The notes under the pieces: model-generated
What the model saw: the letters and a program-made list of their open reading frames with translations, nothing else
Database searches by the model: none
What the model was told of the DNA's origin: nothing
Shown: positions 7,627 to 17,500 of the stretch, piece after piece
Layout: every line of letters starts with the position of its first letter
Numbering within the stretch: position 1 is the stretch's first letter
Position numbers and translations under genes: made by a program
Assembly: GCA_965366625.1 (NCBI GenBank)
Contig: CBDUGP010000022.1
Coordinates: 21,165-85,164, forward strand
DNA: 64,000 nt
DNA from: an uncultured bacterium
GTDB taxonomy: Bacteria; Acidobacteriota; Thermoanaerobaculia; Multivoradales; J023
Reading direction: 5' to 3'

Positions 7627-10305
7627 TTGAGCATCAGCACCAAGCTCTCGTGGGTCGCCTTGGTCGTAACCGTGGCCTTGACCTCAGTCTCCTGTGCAGG
7701 CCCGCCTCCACCGACCCTCGACGAGCTCCATCGAGGCGGTTATGACGCCCTTCAACGGGGAGACCTAAGCGCCGCCGAGCAGCTCGCCGACCGGGGCTCC
7801 AGTCGCGCTGCCGCCGAGAGCTCCGAGGAGTGGCGTCTCGCTTTTGGGGTCTTGAAGGCCGAGGTGCTGGCGGGCCGACGCCAGGATCGAGAAGCCGGCG
7901 ATCTGCTCGACCCGATGCTGCAACCCGGACCCGGCGAAGGCCCTAGCTCCCACGACGCGAACTCCCACGACGTGAGCGCCCACGGTGCCGTGTACGTCCG
8001 GGCGCTCATGACCCAGGGTTTGTTGCGCTGCCGCTCAGGAGGCGCAGAGGCCCTCGAAGAAGGTTTGCGGCGACTCGACCAAGCCGGCAGGAAAGCCCAG
8101 GCCCTCCCCTCGAGCACACTCCAGGGAGAAATCGACCTACGTTTAGGCAGCTGTCTCATCTTGGCCGGCCGAGCCGAGGAGGCAGAGCCTTATTTCGAAC
8201 AAGCCCTCGCGGTCGCCCGCCAAGAGAACATCCCCCATCTCGAAAGCCAAGCGGCGGGCAGCCTGGGTTTGGTCCACATCCGCAGTGGCAAATTCGACGA
8301 GGCCACGGAATGGTTATCCCACGCTTTGACCATTGCCGAGCAGATCGGCGCGGACATTTCCGCCGCCAAAACCATCTCCAATTTAGGTTGGTGTTATCTG
8401 GAGCTGGGCAATTACGAACGGGCTTTAACCCTCTTAACCCGAGCTGAGGCTTCGGCTCGGGAACTCGGTTTGGCCGGAGATCGGATCACCAACCTGAACA
8501 ACTTGGGCAGAACCCTCTTCAGGCTCGACCGCTCGTCCGAAGCCATGGACCGATATGCCCAGGCTCTAGAGCTGGCCGACCAAATGGACGCTCAGCAGAC
8601 CAAAGCCGCGGTGTTGTCGAATATGGCCTTGGTGGCGTTCGAGCAGCAGCGGCTCGACGAAGCCGCGGCCTTGCTCCAAGAGTCTTTGACCCTCCGTATC
8701 CAACTCGACGACGGCGTCGGCCGCTTGCACACCATGCTCTCGCAGAGCCAGGTGCTGATGTCCAAAGGCCAGAGCGAGGAAGCGGAACGCCGTGTGCGGC
8801 AAGTCCTTCAATCTCCGCTTCTTCGACCGGACCTGAAACAAGAAGCTCACGGCCTTCTGGCCCTTGTCTACGCCGAATCCCAACGTTTCTCCGAAGCCCA
8901 GGCCGAGCTGGACGTTGCGCTCGAGCTGCTCGACCAAACCCGCGGCCGACTGCGCAACGTCGGTCATCGCATGTCCTTCGGCTCCGGCACCAAAGACCTG
9001 GCGGATATCGCCGTCCGGTTGGCGGTCGAGAGCGGTCGTCCTACCCAAGCCCTGCAAGAGGCGATCGAGAGCCGGGCTAGACTGCTGCGAGAAAGACTGG
9101 GCAAGGAAGCGACTCATCCTCAGAAGGCCCCCGGTGTCTCGGCGCCCGGCCTCTCGGCTACAGGTCTTTCAACTACAGGTCTTTCAACTACAGGTCGGGG
9201 CAACACCGTAAAGCACCTGCAACGATTGGCGGCCGGCTCCAATCATGTCTTCCTGTCGTATTGGACGAGCCGTCCACGATCCTATTTGTGGTTGGTCCAC
9301 TCCGAGGGAGTAGAGCTGCACGAATTACCTTCGGATCTGGAATTGAGCCGGGATGTCGAGCTTTACCAGAAAGTGGTCCTGCAATCCGGAGATCCTTTGG
9401 TGGAAGGGCTCGAAGTCGGCCGACGGCTGTGGAACCGACTGGTGGGACCGATAGCCCAATGGATTCCCAAAAATGCCCAGGTCGTCATCGCGCCCGATGG
9501 CCCTCTGCATCGCCTGAGCTTCGACACCTTGATCGTGCCCCCTGACGACCCACCAACCCGGTCACGATATTGGATCGAGGAAGTGACCACCTCCCTCACC
9601 CCTTCCCTGGCGCTTCTGGGGGTGGCCGCCGAGCCCTCGGAGCTGCCGCGTCTGCTGTTGATCGGCGATCCCGTGCCGACCGAGGACTTTCCTCGGCTGG
9701 CCCACGCGGGCCGTGAAATCCAGCGGATCGCGGCTCTTTTCGAACCCTCTAGACGGCACATCATCACGGGTCCGAAAGCCGACCCTTCAGCCCTACGACG
9801 TTCCAACCCTGAGACCTTTGACTGGATCCACCTGGCAGCCCACGTCACCGCGAATCCGGAGATGCCCCTGGAATCGGCCGTGGTTTTGTCTCCCGGATCG
9901 GGATCCCACAAGCTCTACGCCCGCGATGTATTGGACATCCCCCTGGACGCCGACTTGGTCACCCTCTCCGCCTGCCGCAGCGCAGGGGCCCGTGCCATGG
10001 CCGGCGAAGGCTTGGTGGGATTGGCCTGGGCCTTCATGAGCACCGGTGCCAGGCACGTCATCGGCGGCCTTTGGGATGTGGAAGACGCGTCCACATCCCG
10101 GCTCATGGAGCAGCTGTATCGCGATCTCCAGGCGGGAGATTCCGCGGCCCAAGCCCTACGTCAGGCCAAGTTACAGCTGCTGAACTCGGACTCGGCCTAC
10201 CGCAAGCCCTACTATTGGGCGCCGTTTGTGCTCTACCACGGCACCTCGAGCCTGACCGAGCCAGACTCTTTCCGCCAATTGGGTCCAGACCAGAATTCCC
10301 GTTGA
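7627..10305 (+). CDS. TPR + CHAT (caspase-HetF-associated) domain protein
   Basis: Several TPR-like helices (LGWCYLELGNYERAL; LNNLGRTLFRLDRSSEAMDRYAQAL). CHAT motifs IAPDGPLHRLSF, IHLAAH (His 9841-9843), LVTLSAC (Cys 9973-9975), GLVGLAWAF and PYYWAPF. The TTG start is uncertain. Confidence 0.88.
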   Translation: MSISTKLSWVALVVTVALTSVSCAGPPPPTLDELHRGGYDALQRGDLSAAEQLADRGSSRAAAESSEEWRLAFGVLKAEVLAGRRQDREAGDLLDPMLQPGPGEGPSSHDANSHDVSAHGAVYVRALMTQGLLRCRSGGAEALEEGLRRLDQAGRKAQALPSSTLQGEIDLRLGSCLILAGRAEEAEPYFEQALAVARQENIPHLESQAAGSLGLVHIRSGKFDEATEWLSHALTIAEQIGADISAAKTISNLGWCYLELGNYERALTLLTRAEASARELGLAGDRITNLNNLGRTLFRLDRSSEAMDRYAQALELADQMDAQQTKAAVLSNMALVAFEQQRLDEAAALLQESLTLRIQLDDGVGRLHTMLSQSQVLMSKGQSEEAERRVRQVLQSPLLRPDLKQEAHGLLALVYAESQRFSEAQAELDVALELLDQTRGRLRNVGHRMSFGSGTKDLADIAVRLAVESGRPTQALQEAIESRARLLRERLGKEATHPQKAPGVSAPGLSATGLSTTGLSTTGRGNTVKHLQRLAAGSNHVFLSYWTSRPRSYLWLVHSEGVELHELPSDLELSRDVELYQKVVLQSGDPLVEGLEVGRRLWNRLVGPIAQWIPKNAQVVIAPDGPLHRLSFDTLIVPPDDPPTRSRYWIEEVTTSLTPSLALLGVAAEPSELPRLLLIGDPVPTEDFPRLAHAGREIQRIAALFEPSRRHIITGPKADPSALRRSNPETFDWIHLAAHVTANPEMPLESAVVLSPGSGSHKLYARDVLDIPLDADLVTLSACRSAGARAMAGEGLVGLAWAFMSTGARHVIGGLWDVEDASTSRLMEQLYRDLQAGDSAAQALRQAKLQLLNSDSAYRKPYYWAPFVLYHGTSSLTEPDSFRQLGPDQNSR

Positions 10306-10480
10306 TTTCCTGTCAGAGTGATCAAAATGAGCATCTTTTTGTCCCCCTATGCCAATTTTCCTATGCTTTCTTGAAACGCCTTCACACAAAGTCTCACTAC
10401 CCCTCGAAACCCGCGCCAAGTCAGCTCATCGAGATGCTCGTATCGGCGTCGGGTCGAACACCCTTTGTAGGAGACTTGAA

Positions 10481-12301
10481 ATGAAGAAAACCGTAATCGT
10501 CGGGGCCCTCGGCCTCGCGGTGATCGTCGCCCCCTCGACCTGGGCGGCGGAACAGGACGAAAAAAGTGCCCCAGGTGGTTCCGAACGGGTGGAAGCCCGA
10601 TTGGAAATGGCCAAGAAGGGCCCTCAACAGGCGGTTCCGCCGGTCGCTTCGTGCGGCTTGAGCACCCCCGACTACGTGGTGACCGGCTCCGAATCCACCG
10701 CTTCGGGCGACGAGCACTGCTTCCCCAGCAACGGCGCCGGAGCCTTTGGGCCGCGCTCCGACATCCCCCAAATGGCCATCGTCGACGGCATGGACGTGGT
10801 CGACGCGGACAATGACGGCGACAACGATTTCTTCGCCTGCGACGGATCCGTGGGCGAGGTCTACCTCTACACCCAAGGACCCGTGGGCGTTTTCGTTCCG
10901 TCGTTGGTCGCCGGCGGCATCACCTCCGGCGTCGGCGGAAGCCTATTCTGCACCAACCTGCGCGAGGGCGACTTCAACGGTGACGGCCTCGCCGACTTCG
11001 TCGTCGGCGACAATCGGGTCACCAAAGGTATGTTCGTTTACCTTCAGGGACCCGTCGGCACCTTCACCCCCGTGGCCGCGGGTTTGGACGTCACCTGGGC
11101 CTCCCCCAGCGGCGTGGAATGCAATTGCCTCTTCGGTGTCGCCGTCGGTGACGTCGATGGCGATGCCAACGACGACGTGATGGTGCTCGGCTACCGTGGC
11201 GCGGGCACCGGTCAAGTTTGGTTCTACCAGGGCAACGGCACCGGCGCGATGGCGGCACCGGCACTCAAATTCAACGTCTCGGTGGACTTCCCGGTGGTCG
11301 CCAATCCGACCGGCATCGCGCTCTTCGACTACGAGGGAGACGGGGATCCGGACCTGATCGTCGGTGGCTCGTTCGACGGCAGCCACTACGTTTATACCAA
11401 CGACGGCCTCGGCAACTTCGCGGCTCCCGCAGGCCAGGCCTTTAGCACCAACAACTTCACCGGCATCGACGCCTATGACGTCGACGGCGATCTCAAAGAA
11501 GACCTGATGTTGGTGGATTGGTCAAACCTTCGTCTGCTCTACAGCCAGAACCTCGGCGGCGCGCTCGCTGCCCCGGCGCCGGTCGGCGTGGTCCGCGGAC
11601 CGAGCATCGGCATCGGTGCCCCCACGCGACCCGAGCAGACCGGATTCAACCTCGACCACTTCAAATGTTACCCGTCGGAAGCGGATCGTCCAGCGGATGC
11701 ACCGGTCGTGCTCAGCGACCAATTCGGCGATAGCGAAGCCTACGTCTACAAATCCGCTCGCTTCTGCAATCCCGTCGAGAAACATCACGACGGGATCGTC
11801 ACGAAGATCCAAGACAAAGACGCCCACCTGGAGTTCTATCACCTGGAAACCAGCGGAGAGACCCCGTCGTTGGTCCAAGTGACCAACCAATTCGGTCCCG
11901 AGCAAAAGCTCGAAATCGGCAAGGCCAAATACCTGGCAGTGCCGACCCAGAAAATCAAACCGGGTAACCATCCCTTCCCCGAACGGCTCGATCACTTCAA
12001 ATGTTATGAGGTCTTCGGCCAGCCCGCAGCGGTGGAGATCGGTTTGCGGGATCAATTCGGTTGGGAGCCCCAGCTGCGTGCCTACGAGCCGCAGTTGCTT
12101 TGCAACCCGACCAAGAAAGAGCACAACGGCAAGGTGACGCCGATCCAAAATCCCTTGGATCACCTCGTCTGTTACCACCTCTATGGCACCGAGCCGATTT
12201 GGGACTTCGCCTACGTGCGCAACCAATTCGGCGAAGAGAGCCTGCGTCTCGAACCCGCCGACATGCTCTGCCTGCCGTCGAAAAAGAAAGTGATCCAATA
12301 A
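10481..12301 (+). CDS. Secreted FG-GAP/VCBS-repeat protein with C-terminal tandem DHFKCY-type Cys repeats
   Basis: Start re-called at ATG 10481 (AGGAG RBS, signal peptide MKKTVIVGALG...WAA). FG-GAP motifs GDFNGDGLADF, GDVDGDANDDV and DYEGDGDPDL. The C-terminus has two LDHFKCY...DQFG...(F/L)CNP..K.H.G units. Confidence 0.8.
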   Translation: MKKTVIVGALGLAVIVAPSTWAAEQDEKSAPGGSERVEARLEMAKKGPQQAVPPVASCGLSTPDYVVTGSESTASGDEHCFPSNGAGAFGPRSDIPQMAIVDGMDVVDADNDGDNDFFACDGSVGEVYLYTQGPVGVFVPSLVAGGITSGVGGSLFCTNLREGDFNGDGLADFVVGDNRVTKGMFVYLQGPVGTFTPVAAGLDVTWASPSGVECNCLFGVAVGDVDGDANDDVMVLGYRGAGTGQVWFYQGNGTGAMAAPALKFNVSVDFPVVANPTGIALFDYEGDGDPDLIVGGSFDGSHYVYTNDGLGNFAAPAGQAFSTNNFTGIDAYDVDGDLKEDLMLVDWSNLRLLYSQNLGGALAAPAPVGVVRGPSIGIGAPTRPEQTGFNLDHFKCYPSEADRPADAPVVLSDQFGDSEAYVYKSARFCNPVEKHHDGIVTKIQDKDAHLEFYHLETSGETPSLVQVTNQFGPEQKLEIGKAKYLAVPTQKIKPGNHPFPERLDHFKCYEVFGQPAAVEIGLRDQFGWEPQLRAYEPQLLCNPTKKEHNGKVTPIQNPLDHLVCYHLYGTEPIWDFAYVRNQFGEESLRLEPADMLCLPSKKKVIQ

Positions 12302-12342
12302 TTCCCGATCGACACCCCGATCGACAATAAGGCACCCCAGCC

Positions 12343-12383
12343 AACGGGGTTCCCGCGGCTACGCGGGAACCCCGTTTTTTTTT
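12343..12383 (+). terminator. Rho-independent terminator
   Basis: 15-bp perfect stem AACGGGGTTCCCGCG-GCTA-CGCGGGAACCCCGTT followed by a T-run to 12383. Confidence 0.9.
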
Positions 12384-12412
12384 CGGGCAGAGGGAAGTCG
12401 TCCGCTGGGTCT

Positions 12413-12781
12413 GGTGCCTGGCACCACGTCCCACCATCTTCCTGCCCGGATCAGGTGCCTGGCACCACACCCACCCAGATCACGTGCCTGGTACCGCCAC
12501 GAGATCGCACCGCCACGAGATCTGCTCCATCGGGTCAGGTGCCCATCGGGTCAGGTGCCTGGCACCACACCCAATCACCACCGGGTCAGGTGCCTGGCCC
12601 CGGCACGGGATCTGCTCCACACCCAGATCACGTGCCTGGCACCGCCACGGCACCGCCACGAGATCTGCTCCACCGGGTCAGGTGCCTGGCACCACACCCA
12701 ACCACCATCTTCCAACCACCATCTTCCTGCCCGGGTCAGGTGCCTGGCACCACCCATCCTGGCACCACCCATCCAGGCACC
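12413..12781. repeat. Cluster of family-A palindromic repeats (GGTGCCTGGCACC), all in the same orientation
   Basis: Perfect 13-mers at 12413, 12454, 12554, 12681 and 12739, with degenerate copies at about 12484, 12538, 12589, 12632, 12758 and 12773. Copies are often preceded by CGGGTCA or GGATCA and interleaved with CCACGAGATC(T/G) and CCACCATCTT modules. Confidence 0.9.
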
Positions 12782-12937
12782 ACCCATCCACCATCTTTCA
12801 GCCAAATTGCGGATCTCGGCTATCGATATCGCTAAGATGAATAGGGGCCTCGTGTTGAACACTGACGGGGCCACTCCCAGCCCTGACCCTCTGTTCCATC
12901 CCCCTAAATCCAATCCCCACATTTTGAGGTGGTTTCC

Positions 12938-14311
12938 ATGCACGTGCCGACTCTCCGACTTCCCCTGATCTACTGTTGCGTCGTTTTTCTGCTTTCCGCC
13001 TTGGCTACTAACCCCTTGAGTTCTGCGCCCTTGACTACCGACTCCCCGGGCTCGCAAGGCTCCAACCCAAAGACTTCTGCTGACCAAGAGCGCATCGAGG
13101 ACGACGGTGTCTGGATCACCCTCGGTGCCGATGCTTTTGAGCTCTTGCAGCAAGCCGAATTGCGCTTTGACGGCGCGCCGATTCAAGCCGAGCGAGCCGT
13201 CGGAGACGCGGTCGCGACTCGGGTCGCTCGACAGGACATCGATCAGATCGTCGAATCGTTGCACGATCACCTGCAACGTTGTCCGGGATTCTTCGCCCAC
13301 GGCTCACAGGCGGAAGCCGTGCAAACGCTGTATCGGACCCAGGATCCTCCGCAGCGGGGTGGCCAAATTGAATACGTGATCAACCAGCCCGCCTGGGTCC
13401 TAAATCTGGAAGCTCGCATCGACAAGGCTCGAATTCTGGCGACCATCGAGCATTTGTCGACGGAATACAACAACCGCTACTACCGCCACCCGTCGGGTGT
13501 GCAATCGGCCACCTGGATCCGCGACCAGTGGCAGGGATTCGCCCAAGGACGTGGTGACGTCACCGCCGAACTCTACGAGCATGCCGGCTGGGATCAGCCG
13601 TCAGTCATTCTGACCATGCAGGGCTCCACCCTGCCGGACGAGGTGATCGTGCTCGGCGGCCACCTGGATTCCGTGGCCTCCGGCAGCTCCAACCCCAACT
13701 TCTCCGCCCCCGGCGCCGACGACAACGCTTCAGGCATCGCGGTGCTCACCGAAGTGATTCGGGTCGCCATGGAGGCCGGCTTTCGTCCTGAGCGGACGGT
13801 CAAAGTCATGGGCTATTCCGGCGAGGAAGCCGGCTTGTTGGGCTCCCAAGAAATCGCCGACGACTTCAACGACAACGGCGTTCAAGTGGTGGCGGTGCTG
13901 CAGCTCGACATGACCGACTACAAGGGTTCTGTGCAGGACATGGCCTTCCTGAGCGACTACACCAACAGCACCCTCACAAGCTTCGCCAAGGACCTCTTGG
14001 ACACCTACCAACCCGAACTCGAATGGACCAATACCGCATGCGGTTACGGTTGCTCGGACCACGCATCCTGGCATCGAGAGGGTTATCCCACGGTGATGCC
14101 GTCCGAAGCCATTTTCGGCCAGCACAACCCGTGGCTGCACTCCACTTCCGATACGGTTTCAACTCTGGACAACAACGCTGACCACGCCTATAAATTCGCT
14201 CGATTAGCGGCCGCTTTGATGGTTGAAATCGGTGTCGTCGACGTGGGCCAACTCTTCCTCGACGGTTTCGAAACCGGGGATTGGAGCGCTTGGGCCGAGT
14301 CTGAGCCCTAA
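12938..14311 (+). CDS. Secreted leucyl aminopeptidase-like M28 peptidase with a C-terminal FxDGFExG motif
   Basis: Zn-ligand motifs GGHLDS, GADDNASG, GEEAGLLGS, QLDMT and CSDHASW, plus NNRYY and a signal peptide. Start is ATG 12938 (GAGGT RBS) or GTG 12929. Confidence 0.9.
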   Translation: MHVPTLRLPLIYCCVVFLLSALATNPLSSAPLTTDSPGSQGSNPKTSADQERIEDDGVWITLGADAFELLQQAELRFDGAPIQAERAVGDAVATRVARQDIDQIVESLHDHLQRCPGFFAHGSQAEAVQTLYRTQDPPQRGGQIEYVINQPAWVLNLEARIDKARILATIEHLSTEYNNRYYRHPSGVQSATWIRDQWQGFAQGRGDVTAELYEHAGWDQPSVILTMQGSTLPDEVIVLGGHLDSVASGSSNPNFSAPGADDNASGIAVLTEVIRVAMEAGFRPERTVKVMGYSGEEAGLLGSQEIADDFNDNGVQVVAVLQLDMTDYKGSVQDMAFLSDYTNSTLTSFAKDLLDTYQPELEWTNTACGYGCSDHASWHREGYPTVMPSEAIFGQHNPWLHSTSDTVSTLDNNADHAYKFARLAAALMVEIGVVDVGQLFLDGFETGDWSAWAESEP

Positions 14312-14578
14312 TCCCGATCGCAGCTCTTCGCGCCCCTCAGATCACTACCTCGGCCTACCGCGGCCTGCCTCTTTCCGGGTTCAATTCATTCCTCCCCGGG
14401 TTGATCTTCGTTTCGACAAATATTTTAACTTTTTAACTGACCCTGGGATCTTACCCACCTCACCTGCGCCCTGTCTCACAGCAGTTCTTCGCTCTCGATT
14501 CGAGATTTCGAAGGCCCGCGAGCCTCAGTTCTCGGCCTGGCCTTCGAGCTTGACCTAGAAGCTTGACCTTAGAAGAAA

Positions 14579-17500
14579 GTGAGACCCATGAAACCGCATG
14601 AAACCGCGACCCAACCCATTGCTCCAAAAGCTCAGCATCAAAGACGTCTACTGCCATGGCTGCAAGGCCTAGTCTTCGGCTCGTTATCGTGCCTCATAGC
14701 CCTGTCGAGCCTGGCAGGTGAGACGTCCGTGGTCGACACTTTGCCCCCGGAGCCTGTTTTGCTGCCGAAGATTCATGGCATGGAGCTGGAAAACGGAGCT
14801 TACGAATACACCGACCCCTATCTTCCTTTGATGACCGCCACCCGCGACTATCGGGTCGGGGTTTCACGCAAACTACAAGTCATCAACGGCGTGAGCGAGG
14901 TGCGTTTCTTCCTGCTCAAACCCGAAGCCCTCGACGACCAAGTCGGCTTGGCCGGCTCTCCACCCGGCGCGGCACATTGGATCGACATCTTCGACATGTA
15001 CGCCGGCAACCTAGGTGCGAATCCCCAGCTCGTCGCAGATGCCGACGACTTCCACAGTCATGGGGACGCCGACTTCGGGCCCATGCATTTCTCGATTTGT
15101 GATCCCACCCTAGGTCACAGCAACGGCAGGAACCCCTATTCCTGCGGCCCTAATCTCGATTGTTATGAATTCGATCTTATGCTCGGCCTGTCGATTGGAC
15201 ACACGGCAGCGAATCCCAACCCCAGCGGTGCGGACGAGGCCCAGCTCTTTTCCACCCGTGTCCTGGTCAAGATCCTGAATCCGAAAACCGCGGCCGCATC
15301 CATTCAAAGTGTGGAGATTGTCGACAAAAACGGCAACGGTAACCGGTCTGACGAAACCGTTGCCGGACCCCGTTTCGAAGGCACCACCAGCCACGGCATC
15401 GGCTCGTTCCACACGCCGATGATCGTCGGCGATCAGAACGAATTGCTGTTCGTTCGAATCGGCGGCAACTCGGTGCCGCAATATACCGACGAGAACGGCC
15501 AACCCAGGACCTCCGGCAAACACGACATGGTCTATTCGGTGAATACCACCGGCAACCCATGCGACGTCAACGCCTGGACGGAGCTGCGACCCATTTCGTT
15601 CGCTCCCATCGACCCGGAAGTGGCAGATTTCGGCTTTGCCCAGAATCCGTTCAGAACCCCGTCGGGACATGAGATCCAGCCCCACGAACGGATCTACGGT
15701 ACCTACCTTTGGGTCGACCAGGACGCCGACAACCTATTCTTCGGCAGCCTCAAACGCCCGTTGTTGAGCTCCGACATCGATCCGGCGAAACCCCTCTACG
15801 ACTACACCTGCTGGAACGGCGGCGACGAGTGTCATAGCGGCGAGCGTAGGAGCAACTTCCACGGTTGGATGATGGCCGGCCTGTGGACCCACGGCAAAAT
15901 GGTGCTGCTGGATTCCCTCGTCAACAACATGGATTTCGGAATTTTAGCCGCAGAGAAATACCACACCCGAGTCCAGCTCTTCTCCGACCGCGCGATACGG
16001 ATCGGCACCGGCGAAGACGCGTCAAAAATCGACGGCGGATCCGAGCCCGCGGGTTATGCCCGAACCACCGTGCAATTCGGCTCCACCGAGCACTTCCTCA
16101 ACATGGTCGACGCCATGAAACCTCGCACCCCCCGCGACGTGGTGTGGCACGTGACCGCCGGCGCGGTTTCCGACGAGATCGCCTTCGACGATTTAATCAG
16201 TCATCGCACGCTGATCTTTTCCCCCATGAATGCCTTGAAGGAAATGGATCCCGGTGCGGATCTCACCTACTACGACGGCAATCAATCGGCGGATCCGGGC
16301 CAATCACGAACCCTGCGATTACAAAACTCGGCGACCAGCAAGCGCTTCTTGACCCCACCCTTCGGCGAGGTGGTAGCGTCGTCGGATCAAGGGAGAATCG
16401 AAAACGTGGCGCTCGGCGGTATCAAGGCGCGCGGTTTTTATCTCTTCTCGCCGTCGAGCATCCGTTATTCAATCCCGTCCCAAGATCTGAGCGGAAGAGA
16501 CTGGCTGATCAGCCTTTTCCTGGATCGACGAGATTCGTCGACCGGCCGTTCCCGCCTCTTGACCCTGCCCAGCGGCGCCTCGGTCTCCCTCGATGGGGGC
16601 AATGCTGAGCTGCGGCTGTGCGGAAGCTCCGGCTCTTGCACCCAAATCACCCTGCCGATCGGGATTCCGACCAAAGCCTGGAACCATCTCGCGTTTCTCA
16701 GAGTCGGGTCGACGAATAAGGTTCAGCTCTTTCAAAACGGATTCCTCTTCGCCGAAATCGATCAGCCAGTCGGTTTCGACATCAGCTCCGGTGATTTGGA
16801 GGTGGGCAACACATCTTCGTCCTCGGAAGCGGGATTCGAAGGCTGGATCGATGAGTTCAAAGTGATCGAAGGCCCATTCAACCTCGAAGAAGTCTGCAAT
16901 CACGCCCGCGGCACCCTGGTGTCCATGCCCAGCTCATACCAAGGCGACCCCACCAACCCCTTCGCCCAGCTAGAGCTGCCCTTCCATGCCCGGGACCCCA
17001 AACCCGCCCATTGGGTCTCCGGCCGCGAAGCGGTCCAAGACGCCCTGCACAATGCCACGGCCATCGCCCAATCGCTGTCCGATTACTTCGCCTGCCACGT
17101 CGACTACACCAGCCACCTCGGGGTGTCGGTGCACCATCCAGGCGACCTTCAAATCCGGTCCTTGAGGCGGCGAATTCTCTTCCCTGAGGGCCCTGTGGTT
17201 TTTAATCACCCGCGGCCGACATCGATCCAAAACAACTTCTGCCTTTCGTGCCATGAGCCCGGCCGGACGGCGGGCCTACATACCGATGCCTTGATCGCAG
17301 ACCTCGCCCAGGCGCAGAACGATGCCAGACGAATGCCCATGCAAGCCCCCCGGGATCTAACCGGCTGGGTGCCGTCCGGATATTTCGGCCCGGATCGCCC
17401 GGCCACCGACACGTCCTATTCGGATCTCAACCCTTTGGTCAGCGATCGCTGGACCCACAACGGCCCGATCTTCCGGTGGAAATTCGATTCCGGCGCCGGG

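Noticed and set aside
5267-10305. Type III-E CRISPR Craspase locus
   Set aside because: No Cas7-11, Cas1/2 or array is present; only the TPR-CHAT plus sigma logic is similar.
12414-12968. ORFs 12414-12968, 12455-12835 and 12484-12840
   Set aside because: They are translations of the family-A repeat cluster (CLAP/VPGT/AWH peptides) in three frames, with no RBS or domain evidence.
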